This document shows, one piece after another, positions 25,522 through 37,149 of a stretch of DNA of 64,000 bases. A program made the position numbers and the translations under genes. Position 1 is the first letter of the stretch. The number at the start of each line of letters is the position of its first letter. The notes beneath the pieces are model-generated. The model had not been told where the DNA came from. It saw nothing but the letters and a program-made list of their open reading frames with translations, and searched no databases. This stretch comes from Isurus oxyrinchus (lineage: Eukaryota), in contig JANJGN010000052.1 in assembly GCA_026770705.1 (NCBI GenBank), positions 434,001 to 498,000 of the forward strand. The letters are read 5' to 3'.

Positions 25522-27184
25522 CTAGAGAACACACAGAAAGAAATCATCACTGACTCTCCGCTTTCAATCTCTCACTCTGGCTGAACAATCAAGCTTCATA
25601 TCACTGCAACATTTGCTGTAATATTGACCCATCCACTGGGATTCAATGTGGAATGAATGTTTTCATTGTAAACACTCGAAGAGTGGACAATCGGAACTTT
25701 CCCCTTAGCGTGGAACATTGGTGAGAATGGATCATTGTGCTGTTGGACTCCCTGTCCAATGTTTCTCTCCATCGCTGTGTACAGGATTGTGCTGTAGAAA
25801 ATTCTGGAAACGTTTAGTGCAGGGTGGAAATCCATCTCGGATGCGTGTGCGAATCGGGCAGGATCGAGATGGACTCCCCCACGGACTTACACACCCCGCT
25901 AAATAAACAGTTCCAATCTTTACCCAGAGAGAGGGGAGAATGTGGAACTCACTCCCACTGGGAGTGGTTGAGGTGAACAGTATCGATGTATTTAAGGGGC
26001 AAGAGGGTCGGTAACCAGAGGGGCACAGATTGACGAACCGGAGGGGGAGATGAGGAGAATTTGTTTTGACAGAGCGAGTTGTTGTGATCTGGAAGGTGCT
26101 GCCTGAAAGGGCGGTGGAAGCAGATTCAATAGGAACTTTCAAAAGGGAAATTGGATAAACACTTGAAGGAAGAAGATGGGGGCAAAGTGGAGTGGTGGTT
26201 AGTGGATCTGATTGGATAGAACATTGAAAGACCTGGCACAGGCACAATGGGCTGAATGGCCTCCTCCTGTGCTGTATCATTCTCCGCTTCCATGATCTCT
26301 CCCCCAGTCAGTAACCACTCCAGATCCCTCTTGAAGGTGACAGAGAGACAGCAACCACCACACCCACTGACAGCACATTCCCGAGGATCACTACTCTCTG
26401 GGAAAAGATGAACTCCCCAACATCCAGCCTATTCCTGCTTCCCGGAGAGTGTAAACCCTTCAGGGATGCGCTGAGGAAGTTCTCAATAAAATGAATTATC
26501 AAATCTACCGTTTGAGAAATAATTGAATTCCGATGAACTCACAGCTTGTGTAGCAAACTGGGAAGTAGAGTTGCTGGGAAAGCTGGGAAACACAAGGATT
26601 AAGTGCTACAATGCCACCACTGGTGGGAGGCTGTAACTACAGTGTGACGTTTACATAGGCAGTCATCACTATAAACAGGGGCTTTGGACATAATGGGCAC
26701 GGAAATAGTGAGAACAGGATGTAAGCTTTTCATCAGCAGGAATTCTCTTACTAAACCTCTCCACCTCTCTCTTACTCTCAGATTCACAAAAAAATCACAG
26801 AATCAGATAAAGAGGAGTTGGGACTAGTTATTCGTCAAAGGGTTAGGTTTCAGGTAGCTCCTTAAAGGGAGAGAGAGAGTTGGAGAAGCAGAGAGTATCT
26901 ATGAGTGCCTCTATGCATCTGAGTGTTTGTACGAGTAATTTCCATATTCTTCCATAAATATGAATGGGAACACAAATCCCAGAATTCAGCCCACGCTCCA
27001 GTGCAGTACTGAGGGAGGTCAGGTAACCCATGAGGGAGTCTTGTGCTAGTGTGTTTGTTTGTGAGTGTGTCTTTGTGTGTGGTCATATATGTGTGTCTGC
27101 ACGTGTCTATTTAGGTCTGTACGTTTGAGGGTGTTTGTGTAGTATTCGAATCTGAGAGAGATGTTGAAGTCTGTGTACACTCAC

Positions 27185-27337
27185 ATTCCACAGTAATGGT
27201 TATGAACCCCTCCACTGCTCCATGTTCATTCTCTGCCACACACTGATAGTCTCCAGTGTCCCTGGATGTAACGTGAGGAATCCCCAACCACAGATCATTG
27301 TTGGAAATTCTTCTGTTCATTTGGACATTCAGATGTC
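27185..27337 (-). pseudogene. Gene D 5'-truncated C2-set exon
   Basis: Only the 3' half (HLNVQMNRRISNNDLWLGIPHVTSRDTGDYQCVAENEHG...TVE) and the gtgagt donor remain; the 5' half is replaced by unrelated sequence. Confidence 0.8.
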
Positions 27338-27860
27338 ATGGCAGGAATCAAGAACCCCGTTCGCACGATTACCAACAGAAAGTGAACAACAATTTATACT
27401 TCATGGAAAGACAGTGCTGATTGGTTGGCAAGTGGTCTCTGATAGGTGGAGGTGTTACCGTGGAGAATGGTGTGTGCGAGATGTAAAGTTTAGACAGCTT
27501 GTCTCTTCATTCAGCAATAATCAAATAAAGATCAATTAACTTCTATCGACTGTGAAGCACTTTGAGAGGACTGAGAATGTGGATACTGAGAACGGGCTGC
27601 ACTGTCAGAGGGTCAGCGCTGAGGGAGTGCTGATGTAGAATGAAAGATGTCGGTACAGTTAATGTTTTTCATCATTGATATTAAAGTGATTTTTAGAGGT
27701 TGCTTTAGGACTGAACTGGAAGCTATCACCAGGTTATTGAGAATCAGACAGTGTGTTATAATAAGCTGTGTTTTGTGTTAATATGTAAATGTCACAGTTT
27801 GTGTTATTTCCCTTTGAGTGTTGGATGTGAATTGTTGAGTAATTATAACACAGCACTTAC

Positions 27861-28234
27861 CAGAAACGTGAAGCCGGGTTACAGGATAATAGTTATGGCT
27901 CGGACCATTGTCAAATTCTATTCTGAAAAAATAAGGTCCTGTATCTTCCCGTCTGATGTTGTTTATAATCAGGGAACAGTCGCCATCTTTCAGGTCTCCA
28001 GACAGCCGGGTCCGATGGCGGAATCTTTGATCCCTGTGACTGTGACCCTCGGAGTGAAAGGCTATAGACCATTTAGGCTGTGGGTTCCCATCTATTCCTT
28101 TCAACCAGATTCCGCACGTGATCTCCCTACGAAATTTGGTAAGTAACTGTAATGACATGGAATCGGTACACATGAACCTTCCTGTGCTGTCACCTCTCGT
28201 GGAGTGTCACCTTTCCACTCTTGTGACAGTCCAA
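27861..28234 (-). pseudogene. Gene D V-set exon, frameshifted
   Basis: 374 nt; 1-nt loss near 28113 splits the domain across two frames; YFFRIE Arg retained. Confidence 0.85.
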
Positions 28235-28937
28235 CTGGGGAGAGAAATATCAACATTTGACTCTGGATAGTTTGTAGATCCACTAGACTCGATATCCACC
28301 CCCTCCATCACTGGGGCACAGTGGCTGCAGTGTGGACCATCTACAGGACACACAAGGAACTCCCCAAGGTTTCACAATGGATGGAACAGAATCCTGGACA
28401 CAGGAGTGGACAATTTCATTCTACATTGGCTCATGGTCCTCAGGACCCTGTTTAGTGAAGCCAGTCTTCCACCCAACACAGTGTCCACAAGATACACAGG
28501 GAAACTGTGTAAATATCTCATCTCTCAACACTGAATGGGCTGAGCTTCAGTTTAACTTTCAGTATTGTTAAATTTCCTTATTGTGGTTGCTATGGTGAAA
28601 CTGTGCAGGAAGTGCGAGGGCTGGACTCTCTGTCTATTCTCACTGCAGCTGTGATGTGGTCGTGGTGATTCTCAGTAAAATGAAACCCTCTGATCTCCTC
28701 AATCCCCGAGGTTTAGGGAGTGAATTCCAGAGCTCAGGCCCCAGGCAGCTGAAGGCACGGCCGCCAGTATTGGAGTGATGGGAATTGGGGGATGGTCAAG
28801 AGGCCGGAATTGCAGTAACACAGAGATCTGGGAAGTTGATTGGTTGCGTTGCAGGAGGTTACAGAGATAAAGAGATAAGAATGATCTTTTACAAAGACTG
28901 TTAAATATATATCTGTCCAAGCTGACGATGATATTAC

Positions 28938-28977
28938 CTTGGAGAAGTGACAGGAGGAAGTAAGATTTCCCGATCAT
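28938..28977 (-). CDS. Gene D signal peptide exon
   Basis: MIGKSYFLLSLLQ+G, donor gtaata. Confidence 0.8.
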
Positions 28978-29427
28978 CGTCCACTCCCAGATATTCCATC
29001 CACTTCTCGCTCTCAAGCTGTGAAAGAGAAAGGAGTTAATGAGACCTCACCTCTTGTCCGACAGCTCTCGAGAGATCAGAACTGTTTTTAGACAATGTCT
29101 TCACAGACTAATTTGATTCTCTGTGGGATGATAGGTGCTCTGCAGAGAGATACAAGGCTTTAAGAAAGACAAACAATGAAGGATTTGCATTTCTATAGCA
29201 CCTTTCACCACCTCAGGACATCCCAAAGCTCATGTCTCTGCACTTCCCTCATCCCTTGAGCTAGAAAGATGTTCTGTACAACAGACTTGAGCCTCACACC
29301 CAGATCTCAATAATCAGTAGAAATCTTTCAAAGGCATCATTCATTGGAATCTCTCTTTATAAAGTCACAACATCAACAAAGGACGGTGTTGGTGGTGGAA
29401 GTGAATTCCAATCGTTCCGTTACTTAC

Positions 29428-29570
29428 CCAGGACCTGTCCGACTGCTCGCCTGGGGAGGAACTGCCCACACGCTCTGCTTGGGCTGAATGACCTCTTCCT
29501 GTGCTGCTCCCTCTGTGTATTTAATGAGAAAGGGTTGATGTGTCTCTGTGAGACAAAATGAGGAAGTTGG
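29428..29570 (-). promoter_or_regulatory. Promoter and non-coding exon 1 module, gene D proximal copy
   Basis: gtaagt donor; AAAATGAGGAAGT at 29555-29567. Confidence 0.55.
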
Positions 29571-30075
29571 ATCAAAGTGACAGAGCAGCTCATGTTTTGA
29601 GATGTTGGTGAACTGTTAACCCTTTGTGTCCTGACCCTGTGTTGATATTTCTGCTGACAGGTGGACAGTCATTGACCAGGAGTTTCTCCTCTGGGTCAGT
29701 GGGTTTCACAGCCAAATTCAGGGGGTCAGAATGTTGTGGGATTCAAGACCCCATTCAGGGGACGTCTGCCCCACAGACTAGACTGAAACTGCCCAGTGTC
29801 AGTACTGAGGGAGTGCTGCACTGTCGGATGGTCATTACTGCACTATTGTAAGGTCAGTACTGAGGGAGATCTCCACTGTTTGAGGGTGAGTACTGAGGGA
29901 GTGCTGCACTGTCAGAGGGACATTAATCAGGGAGTGCTGCAATGTTGGAGGATCAGTACTGAGGGAGTGCCGCACTGTTGAAGGGTCAGTATTAAGGTGC
30001 TGATTTACAAGACAGGACAATGGATTAGGAGCCCTCAGAACTCCCCCCGTGATTTCCAATCATTCCGTTACTTAC

Positions 30076-30215
30076 CCCGGACCTGTCCGACTGCTCGTTG
30101 GGGAGGAACTACCCACACGCTCTGCTTGGGCTGAATGACCTCTTCCTGTGCTGCTCCCTATTTGTGTTTAATTAAAAAGGGTGGATGTGTCACTGTGAGA
30201 CAAAATGAGGAAGTG
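30076..30215 (-). promoter_or_regulatory. Promoter and non-coding exon 1 module, gene D distal copy
   Basis: gtaagt donor; AAAATGAGGAAGTG at 30202-30215. Confidence 0.55.
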
Positions 30216-30324
30216 CTTGGTACCAAGTGAGAAAGCAGCTCTTTGCCTCACACTGTTAGAAAACTGTTAACCCTTTGCGTGCCAAGAATGTTTTTGAAGG
30301 GCCATTGACTGTTCACATGCAACA

Positions 30325-32610
30325 AGCTCGAGGGGTTGACTGGGCCTCCTCCTGTTCCTGTGTAACAATCTCGAGGGGCTGAATGGGCCTCCTCCTGTTT
30401 CTGTGTAACAGGCTCATGGGGCACAATGGGTCTCCTCCTGTTTCTGTGTAACAAGCTTGAGGGGCTGAATGGGCCTCCTCCTGTTCCTGTGTAACAGGCT
30501 TGAGGGGCTGAATGGGCCTCCTCCTGTTCCTGTGTAACAGGCTCGAGGGGCTGTATGGGCCTCCTCCTGTTCCTGTGTAACAGGCTCGAGGGGCTGAATG
30601 GGCCTCCTCCTGTTCCTGTGTAACAGGCTCGAGGGGCTGAATGGGCCTCCTCCTGTTCCTGTGTAACAGGCTCATGGGGCTGAATGGCCTCCTTCTCTCA
30701 CTGTGTACCAGGCTCATGGGGCTGAGTGGGCCTCCTCCTGTTCCTGTGTAAAAGGCTAAAGGGGCTGAATTGGCCTTCCCCAGTTCCTGTGTACCAGGCT
30801 CGAGTACATTAGGAGCATCATTGGAAGCAGCATTTCACTTGCACTTCCCTCAATTTAATCTACTGCCTTCACTGCTCCCAATGTGGTCTCCTCTACATGG
30901 GACAGACCAAACACAGACTGGGTGATCGCTCTGATGAACACCTTCGGTCTGTCCACAAGCATGACCCAGACCTCCCTGTCGCTTGCCATTTTAACACCCC
31001 ACCCTGCTCTCATGCCCACATGTCCGTCCTTGGCCTGCTGCATTGTTCCAGTGAATCCCAACACAAACTGGAGGAACAGCACCTCATCTTCTCACCTGGC
31101 ACTTTACAGCCTTCCCGACTGAATATTGAGTTCAACAATTTCAGATCATGAACTCTCTCCTCCATCCCCACCCCCTTTCCAATCTCCCTTTTCCATTAAT
31201 TTATCATTTTTAATATTTATTTTATTGATATATTTTTCTTTTCCCACCTATTTCCATTATTTTTAAATGTTTTACATCTGTTGTTGTATCTCTACCTTTT
31301 AGCCTATTTCAATCCTTTCCCCCACCCCACCCCCACTAGGACTATCTGTCTCTTGCTCGTCCTGCTTTCTACCCTTAATGTCCCCATTAGCACATTCCTC
31401 AGATAATATCACCACCGTCAACACCCCTTTGTCCTTTTGTCTATCACATCTTTGGCAACCTCTTCTTTACCTCCACCTATCACTGGCCCACAATCCAGCT
31501 CTACCTGCCCCACCCCCTCTACCAGCTAAAACGTCACCTCATTTCTCGATTTACCTAGTTCAGATGAAGAGTCATACAGACCCAAAACTTCAAGTTGTTC
31601 CTCTCCACAGATCCCGTCAGACCTGCTGAGTTTTTCCAGCTATTTTTGTTTTTGTTCCCGTTCATGTGGAACAGGCTTGAGTGGCTGAATGGAGCCCCTA
31701 ATGTTCCTGTGTAACAAGCTTGTGGAGGCTGAATGGGCCTCCTGTACCTGTGTAACAGGCTCAAGGGGACAGAATGGGCCTCCTCCTCTTCCTGTGTAAC
31801 AGGCTCGAGGGGACAGAATGGGCCTCCTCTTCATCCTGTAAAACAGGCACGAGGGACAGCATAGGTTTCCTATTCTTGTGTAAGAGGGTTGAGAGACTGA
31901 ATGCGCTCTTCCTGTTCCTGGGTAACAGGCTCAGGTGACTGAATGGCCTCCTCCTGTTCCTGTGTTAAAGGCTCTATGGGGCTGAATAGGACTCCTCCTT
32001 TTCCTGTGTAACAGGCTCGAGGGGCTGAGAGTCTCTCCTGTTCCTGTGGAAGGGTGTTGAGGGACTGAATGTCCTCTTCCTGTTCCTGTGTAATAGGCTC
32101 ATGAGGCTGATGGGCCTTCTCCTGTCCTCATGTAACAGGATTGAGTGGCTGAATGGGCCTCCTCCTGTTCCTGTGCAACAGGCTTGAGGGGCTGAATGGG
32201 CCTCCTCCTGTTCCTGTGTAACAGGCTCGAGGGGCTGAATGGGCCTCCTCCTGTTCCTGGGTAACAGGCTTGAGGGGGCTGAATGGGGCCTCCTCCTGTT
32301 CCTGTGTAACAGGCTTGAGCTGCTGAATGTCCTCCTCTCATTAAAAATAAATACTGCAGATGCTGTAAATCTAAATAAAATCAGAAAATGCTGCATTAAC
32401 TCAGCAGGTCTGGCAGCAGCTGTGGAGAGAGAAACAGTTTTTGCTTTGAGACTCTGAAGAAGGGTCATACGGACTCGAAATGTTAATTCTGTTTATCTCT
32501 GCACAGATGCTGCCAGAACTACTCAGTCTCCAGCATTTCTGTTTTTGTTTCAGGTGCCCTCTTGTTCCTGAGTAGCAGGTTCGAGGGGGCTGAATGGCCT
32601 CCTCCTGTTC
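30325..32610. repeat. 43-bp minisatellite derived from a CR1 3' tail, split by a Penelope remnant
   Basis: Unit ctgttcctgtgtaacaggctcgaggggctgaatgggcctcctc; arrays at 30325-30805 and 31665-32340; matches the CR1 end at ~60421-60465. Confidence 0.88.
30805..31650 (+). mobile_element. Penelope-like element remnant (GIY-YIG)
   Basis: CSQCGLLYMGQTKHRLGDRSDEHLRSVHKHDPDLPVACHFN. Confidence 0.8.
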
Positions 32611-33666
32611 CGATTCAATGGGCAGTCAAAGCATGTGTCTGATTTTGGACATGGAACCCAATTCTGTCCTCAGGACATTGATAGAGGGAGAGACCAGATA
32701 CAGATCAATGCAGGAGGATTATTTATTTTCCCAATCTTTGATCCAAGCATCTCATCAAACACAGAGCGGAACCAGGATCGAGTATGTTGGTCTCTGTGAT
32801 CTGTAACACATCGCACAGTCCACCCATCCACTCAGCCATCAGGATGGATGCTAATTGTACTCTCCAAGTGTGAAAGACTAAAATGATGGTTTATTGCAGC
32901 TCTGTCTCATTCTGTTATCAAAGCTGTCTCATCCATCCATCACATATTGAAGAAGATAAACCTGCAACCAAATTTTCACATCATAATTTCCTATGTTCAT
33001 TGGCTATATCAATGTAAACATGTCACGTTGTACTGATGAACTCCCATCATTGGTGGCACTGTAGCACAAGTTATCCTCTAAGCTGCAGAGAATTTCTCAA
33101 ATCTCCAATCAAATTGCTTCCCTGTTTCCCAGATTGTTATTCGTTTCGCTGTTTAACGATGAAGTGTAAAATCCAAATATATTTCTGAAAATACTTTTGA
33201 CTACAAAATGGTGAGTAAATTTTAACAATCTCCTCTGCTCCAATTATCCACCGATGCTGCATTTCCTGAAGTCTACACTGGCTGATGAATATTCTGTAAA
33301 CACTGACAGACAGGAAGGTGAATAACAGAATGAAAATTAACTCATAATCACGGACACGGGATTGAATTTGTCCATTCTGTCCTGGTACATCATCGAACGA
33401 TATCTAAAGATATTTACAATCAGATTGGAGAGAAGGATGTTTCCAACAGGGAGGGACAATTCTGAAGGAGGATGTTCGAATTGAAACCCACAGACAATCA
33501 TCCTGGATAGATCATTCCGAAGAAATTCCATCAGATTGTAACAAGAGGTTTAAATCTATTTCCTGGGAGTGAGTTCCTGTGGATATTAGGAAGGTAAATT
33601 GGAGTTTTGAATGATTCTCCCATTCTGTATTCTCCCCACACTGTGTGTGTCTCATTCTTGCTCAGT

Positions 33667-33783
33667 TTATAAATTCCCATAAACAGAATCCTTGGCAAAA
33701 TCACAGTTTGCGTAAAGATCATCATCTGTATCAGGATTGACTCCGCGGTTAGATTTCATTTCCAGATCCTTCTCATCTTTCTT
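33667..33783 (-). CDS. Putative terminal cytoplasmic exon of gene C with two Tyr motifs
   Basis: Acceptor tttctattacag; phase 0 reads KKDEKDLEMKSNRGVNPDTDDDLYANCDFAKDSVYGNL*; downstream AATAAA at 32890-32895 and 32722-32727. Confidence 0.7.
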   Translation of the reverse strand, partial: KKDEKDLEMKSNRGVNPDTDDDLYANCDFAKDSVYGNL

Positions 33784-33877
33784 CTGTAATAGAAACAGAA
33801 ATGATCAGAGTGACAATCAGAGTGATCAGTGTTTAGTATTATTGATCCAAATCGAAAATTCCACCCACAATAGATAC

Positions 33878-35295
33878 ATTAATTATTGATACTGAACAGG
33901 GTTTGATTATTGATACTGAACAGTGTTTGATTATTGATTGTGAACAGTGTTTGATTATTGATACTGAACGGGGTTTGATTACTGATTCTGAACGGGGTTT
34001 GATTATTGATACTGAACGGAGTTTGATTATTGATTCTGAACGGGGTTTGATTATTGATTCTGAACGAGGTTTGAATATTGACACTGAATGGGGTTTGATT
34101 ATTGATCCTGAACAGGGTTTGATTATTGATCCTGAAAGGGGTTTGATTATTGATACTGAACAGTGTTTGATTATTGATACTGAACAGGGTTTGATTATTG
34201 ATTCTGAACAGTGTTTGATTATTAATTCTGAATGGGGTTTGATTATTGATACTGAACGGGGTTTGATTATGGATTCTGAATGGGGTTTGATTATTGATTC
34301 TGAACGGGGTTTGATTATTGATCCTGAACAGGGTTTGATTATTGATTCTGAATGGGGTTTGATTATTGATACTGAACGGGGTGTGATTATTGATACTGAA
34401 CGGGGTTTGATTATTGATACTGAACGGGGTTTGATTATTGATACTGAACGGGGTTTGATTATTGATTCTGAAAGGGATTTGATTATTGATTCTGAAAGGG
34501 GTTTGATTATGGATTCTGAACGGGGTTTGATTATTGATCCTGAACAGGGTTTGATTATTGATACTGAACGGGGTTTGATTATTGACATTGAACGGGGTTT
34601 GATTATTGATTCTAAATGGTGTTTGATAATTGATTCTAAACGTTGTTTGATTATTGAACCTGAATGGAGTTTGATTATTGATTCTGAACTGGGGTTGATT
34701 ATTGATACTTAACGGGGTTTGATTATTGATTCTAAACGGGTTTTGATTATTGATACTGAACAGTGTCTGATTATTGATACTGAATGGTGTTTGATTATTG
34801 ATTCTGAACGGGGTTTGATTATTGATTCTAAACGGTGTTTGATTATTGAACCTGAACGGAGTTTGATTATTGATACTGAACAGGGTTTGATTATTGATTC
34901 TGAAAGGGGGTTGATTATTGATACTGAACGGGGTTTGATTATTGATTCTGAATGGGGTTTGATTATAGATACTGAATGGTGTTTGATTATTGATTCTGAA
35001 TGGGGTTTGATTATTGATACTGAACGGAGTTTGATTATTAATTCTGAACGGGGTTTGATTATTGATTCTGAATGGGGTTTGATTATTGATACTGAACGGG
35101 GTTTGATTATTGATTCTGAACGGGGTTTGATTATTGATACTGAACGGGGTGTGATTATTGATTCTGAACGTGGTTTGATTATTGATACTGAACGGGGTTT
35201 GATTATTGATACTGAACGGGGTGTGATTATTGATTCTGAACGGGGTTTGATTATTGATACTGATCGGGGTTTGATTATTGATTCTGAACGGTGTT
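33878..35295. repeat. 24-bp minisatellite, about 59 copies, intronic
   Basis: Unit ttgattattgat(a/t)ctgaacggggt; explains the 8-aa periodic ORFs. Confidence 0.95.
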
Positions 35296-35424
35296 GGGTG
35301 TGAGTTTGGTTGGGTTTGGGAGTGACTGTATAAAACATTGCAGATACAGGACTGGAGCAGCCATATCAATTACCAGGCTACTGGAGCAGCTGAGAGGCTG
35401 GGGATCCTGTGGTGTGTGACTCAC

Positions 35425-35529
35425 CTGATTCCTCAAAGCCCAATCACGATCACAGTTTTCATAAACAGGACCTCGATATTCATCAACACGATGGTTCGAT
35501 TTGATTCCTGCTTTCACCTCGCCTCTCTT
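35425..35529 (-). CDS. Putative penultimate cytoplasmic exon of gene C
   Basis: 105 nt, phase 0-0, ctattacag acceptor and CAG|gtgagt donor; KRGEVKAGIKSNHRVDEYRGPVYENCDRDWALRNQ; paralogous to 33667-33783. Confidence 0.6.
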
Positions 35530-35879
35530 CTGTAATAGAGATGGAAATGGACAGAGTGACAATCAACATGATGTGTATTCGGTGTTGGGTTTGATTACTG
35601 GGGAGAGAGTTCCAGATTTCCACTCCCCTTTGTGTGAAGAAGTGCTTCCTGACATCACCCCTGAACGGCCTGGCTCCAATCTGAAGTTCCAGCCCCCTTG
35701 TTCTGGACTCCACCCGACCCCCACCACCCACCCCCACCCGAGGGAATAGCTTCTCTCTATCGACCCTATCGAGTGTTTAATCAGTTTGAACCCCTCAATT
35801 AGATCCCTCCTTAATCTTCTAGACCCGAGTGAATATAATCGTAGACTGTGTGTAACCTGTCTGCATAATTTAACCAGAA

Positions 35880-36290
35880 AGATGTTCTGTACAACAAACC
35901 AGAGCCTCACACCCAGATCTCAATAATCAGTAGAAATCTTTCAAAGGCATCAATCATTGGAATCTGTCTTTATAAAGTCACAACATCAACAAAGGACGGT
36001 GTTGGTGGTGGAAGTGAATTCCAATCGTTCCGTTACTTACCCAGGACCTGTCCGACTGCTCGCCTGGGGAGGAACTGCCCACACGCTCTGCTTGGGCTGA
36101 ATGACCTCTTCCTGTGCTGCTCCCTCTGTGTATTTAATGAGAAAGGGTGGATGTCTCTCTGTGAGTCAAATCAGGAATTGGGGAACAATTGTGAAAACCC
36201 TTTCTCTGAAACGTAGGCCTTAGTGTTGTATTGTAAGCAAACTGTTAACCCTTTGTGTCCTGACTCTGTGACGTGATTCCTGTGTAAAGC
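35880..36290 (-). promoter_or_regulatory. Orphan copy of the promoter and exon 1 module with a degenerate PU.1 site
   Basis: Near-identical to 22460-22765 with donor at 36041; the site reads aaatcaggaattg; no leader exon follows. Confidence 0.55.
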
Positions 36291-36880
36291 TGAGCAGTCG
36301 TTGAGCGACTTTCAATTCACTGCTCACTCCAGGTGTTGAGGTGGATCTTCTGAAGGAGCAGATGTTGCTCAGCGCTCCTTAAAAATGTCAGATACTGAAC
36401 ATTGTGTCAGAGGACGAGAGAGAGAATGAGAAGGAGAGCATTATTGGAGATTGGAGAGAGAATGAATGAGAGAGAGAATGAGAAGGAGAGCATTAGTGGA
36501 GATTGGAGAGAGAGTGAATGAGAGAGAGAATGAGAAGGCGTGCATTAGTGGAGATAAGAGAGAGTGAATGAAACATGGAAAATGGAAAGAGATTGCATTC
36601 ACTAACAAAAGAAAGGTTTTCATTTATATAGCACCTTTCACATCCTCAGGAGGTCACAATGTATTTTATGGTCCGGGTCAACACTGCCAGTTACAGGACT
36701 GAGTTGTGAAACAGTGAATGTTGGATGAGATGTTAAACAGTAGGTGAACATCAAAACTCTTCAGGGGCTGTGAAGGGTTTTGGGTTGTGAAAGGTGCTAT
36801 AGAAATGCAAGTTCTTTCTATAAGGGGAGAAGGTTGAAGAAAAAATGTTTGAAATCAACCAATTAAACCTTCACACTTAC

Positions 36881-36977
36881 TTTCTCACACACTTGAAAAT
36901 GAAGAATCCACTCAGTCCAACATTCAAACAGATTCCAGCTCCAAGCAATCCTGCTTTCCATTCATTGGAATCTCGCC
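36881..36977 (-). CDS. Gene C transmembrane exon (divergent)
   Basis: 97 nt, ttttacag acceptor and AA|gtaagt donor; (R)RDSNEWKAGLLGAGICLNVGLSGFFIFKCVRK. Confidence 0.85.
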
Positions 36978-37149
36978 CTGTAAAATCAGCCAATGAATGA
37001 CTCCGGTACAGTTTGAGAATGGTTCCCTATGTACATGTAGTAATTCTGAACTTGTGAAGTGATATTGTCTATGCATGAAAGGTCTATACAAATAACATAT
37101 ATCTATGTAATATTTATTGGTAATATCCATGTACATGCAGGTTTCTATA

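Noticed and set aside
25596-25900. Possible extra exon upstream of the activating TM exon (tttag acceptor at ~25899)
   Set aside because: No frame gives a recognisable domain, and the apparent 8-nt micro-exon would break the phase
33337-33725. ORFs of 64 aa downstream of the minisatellite
   Set aside because: No recognisable domain; better explained as an alternative frame and 3' UTR of the exon at 33667-33783
33839-35369. Long periodic ORFs of up to 496 aa (INNQTPFR, SIIKPRS, LIIDTERG)
   Set aside because: Artefact of a 24-bp tandem repeat that is open in several frames on both strands; it lies in an intron
36290-36420. Candidate linker exon for the gene C tail
   Set aside because: The 50-nt version ends in the wrong phase and the 67-nt version contains a stop
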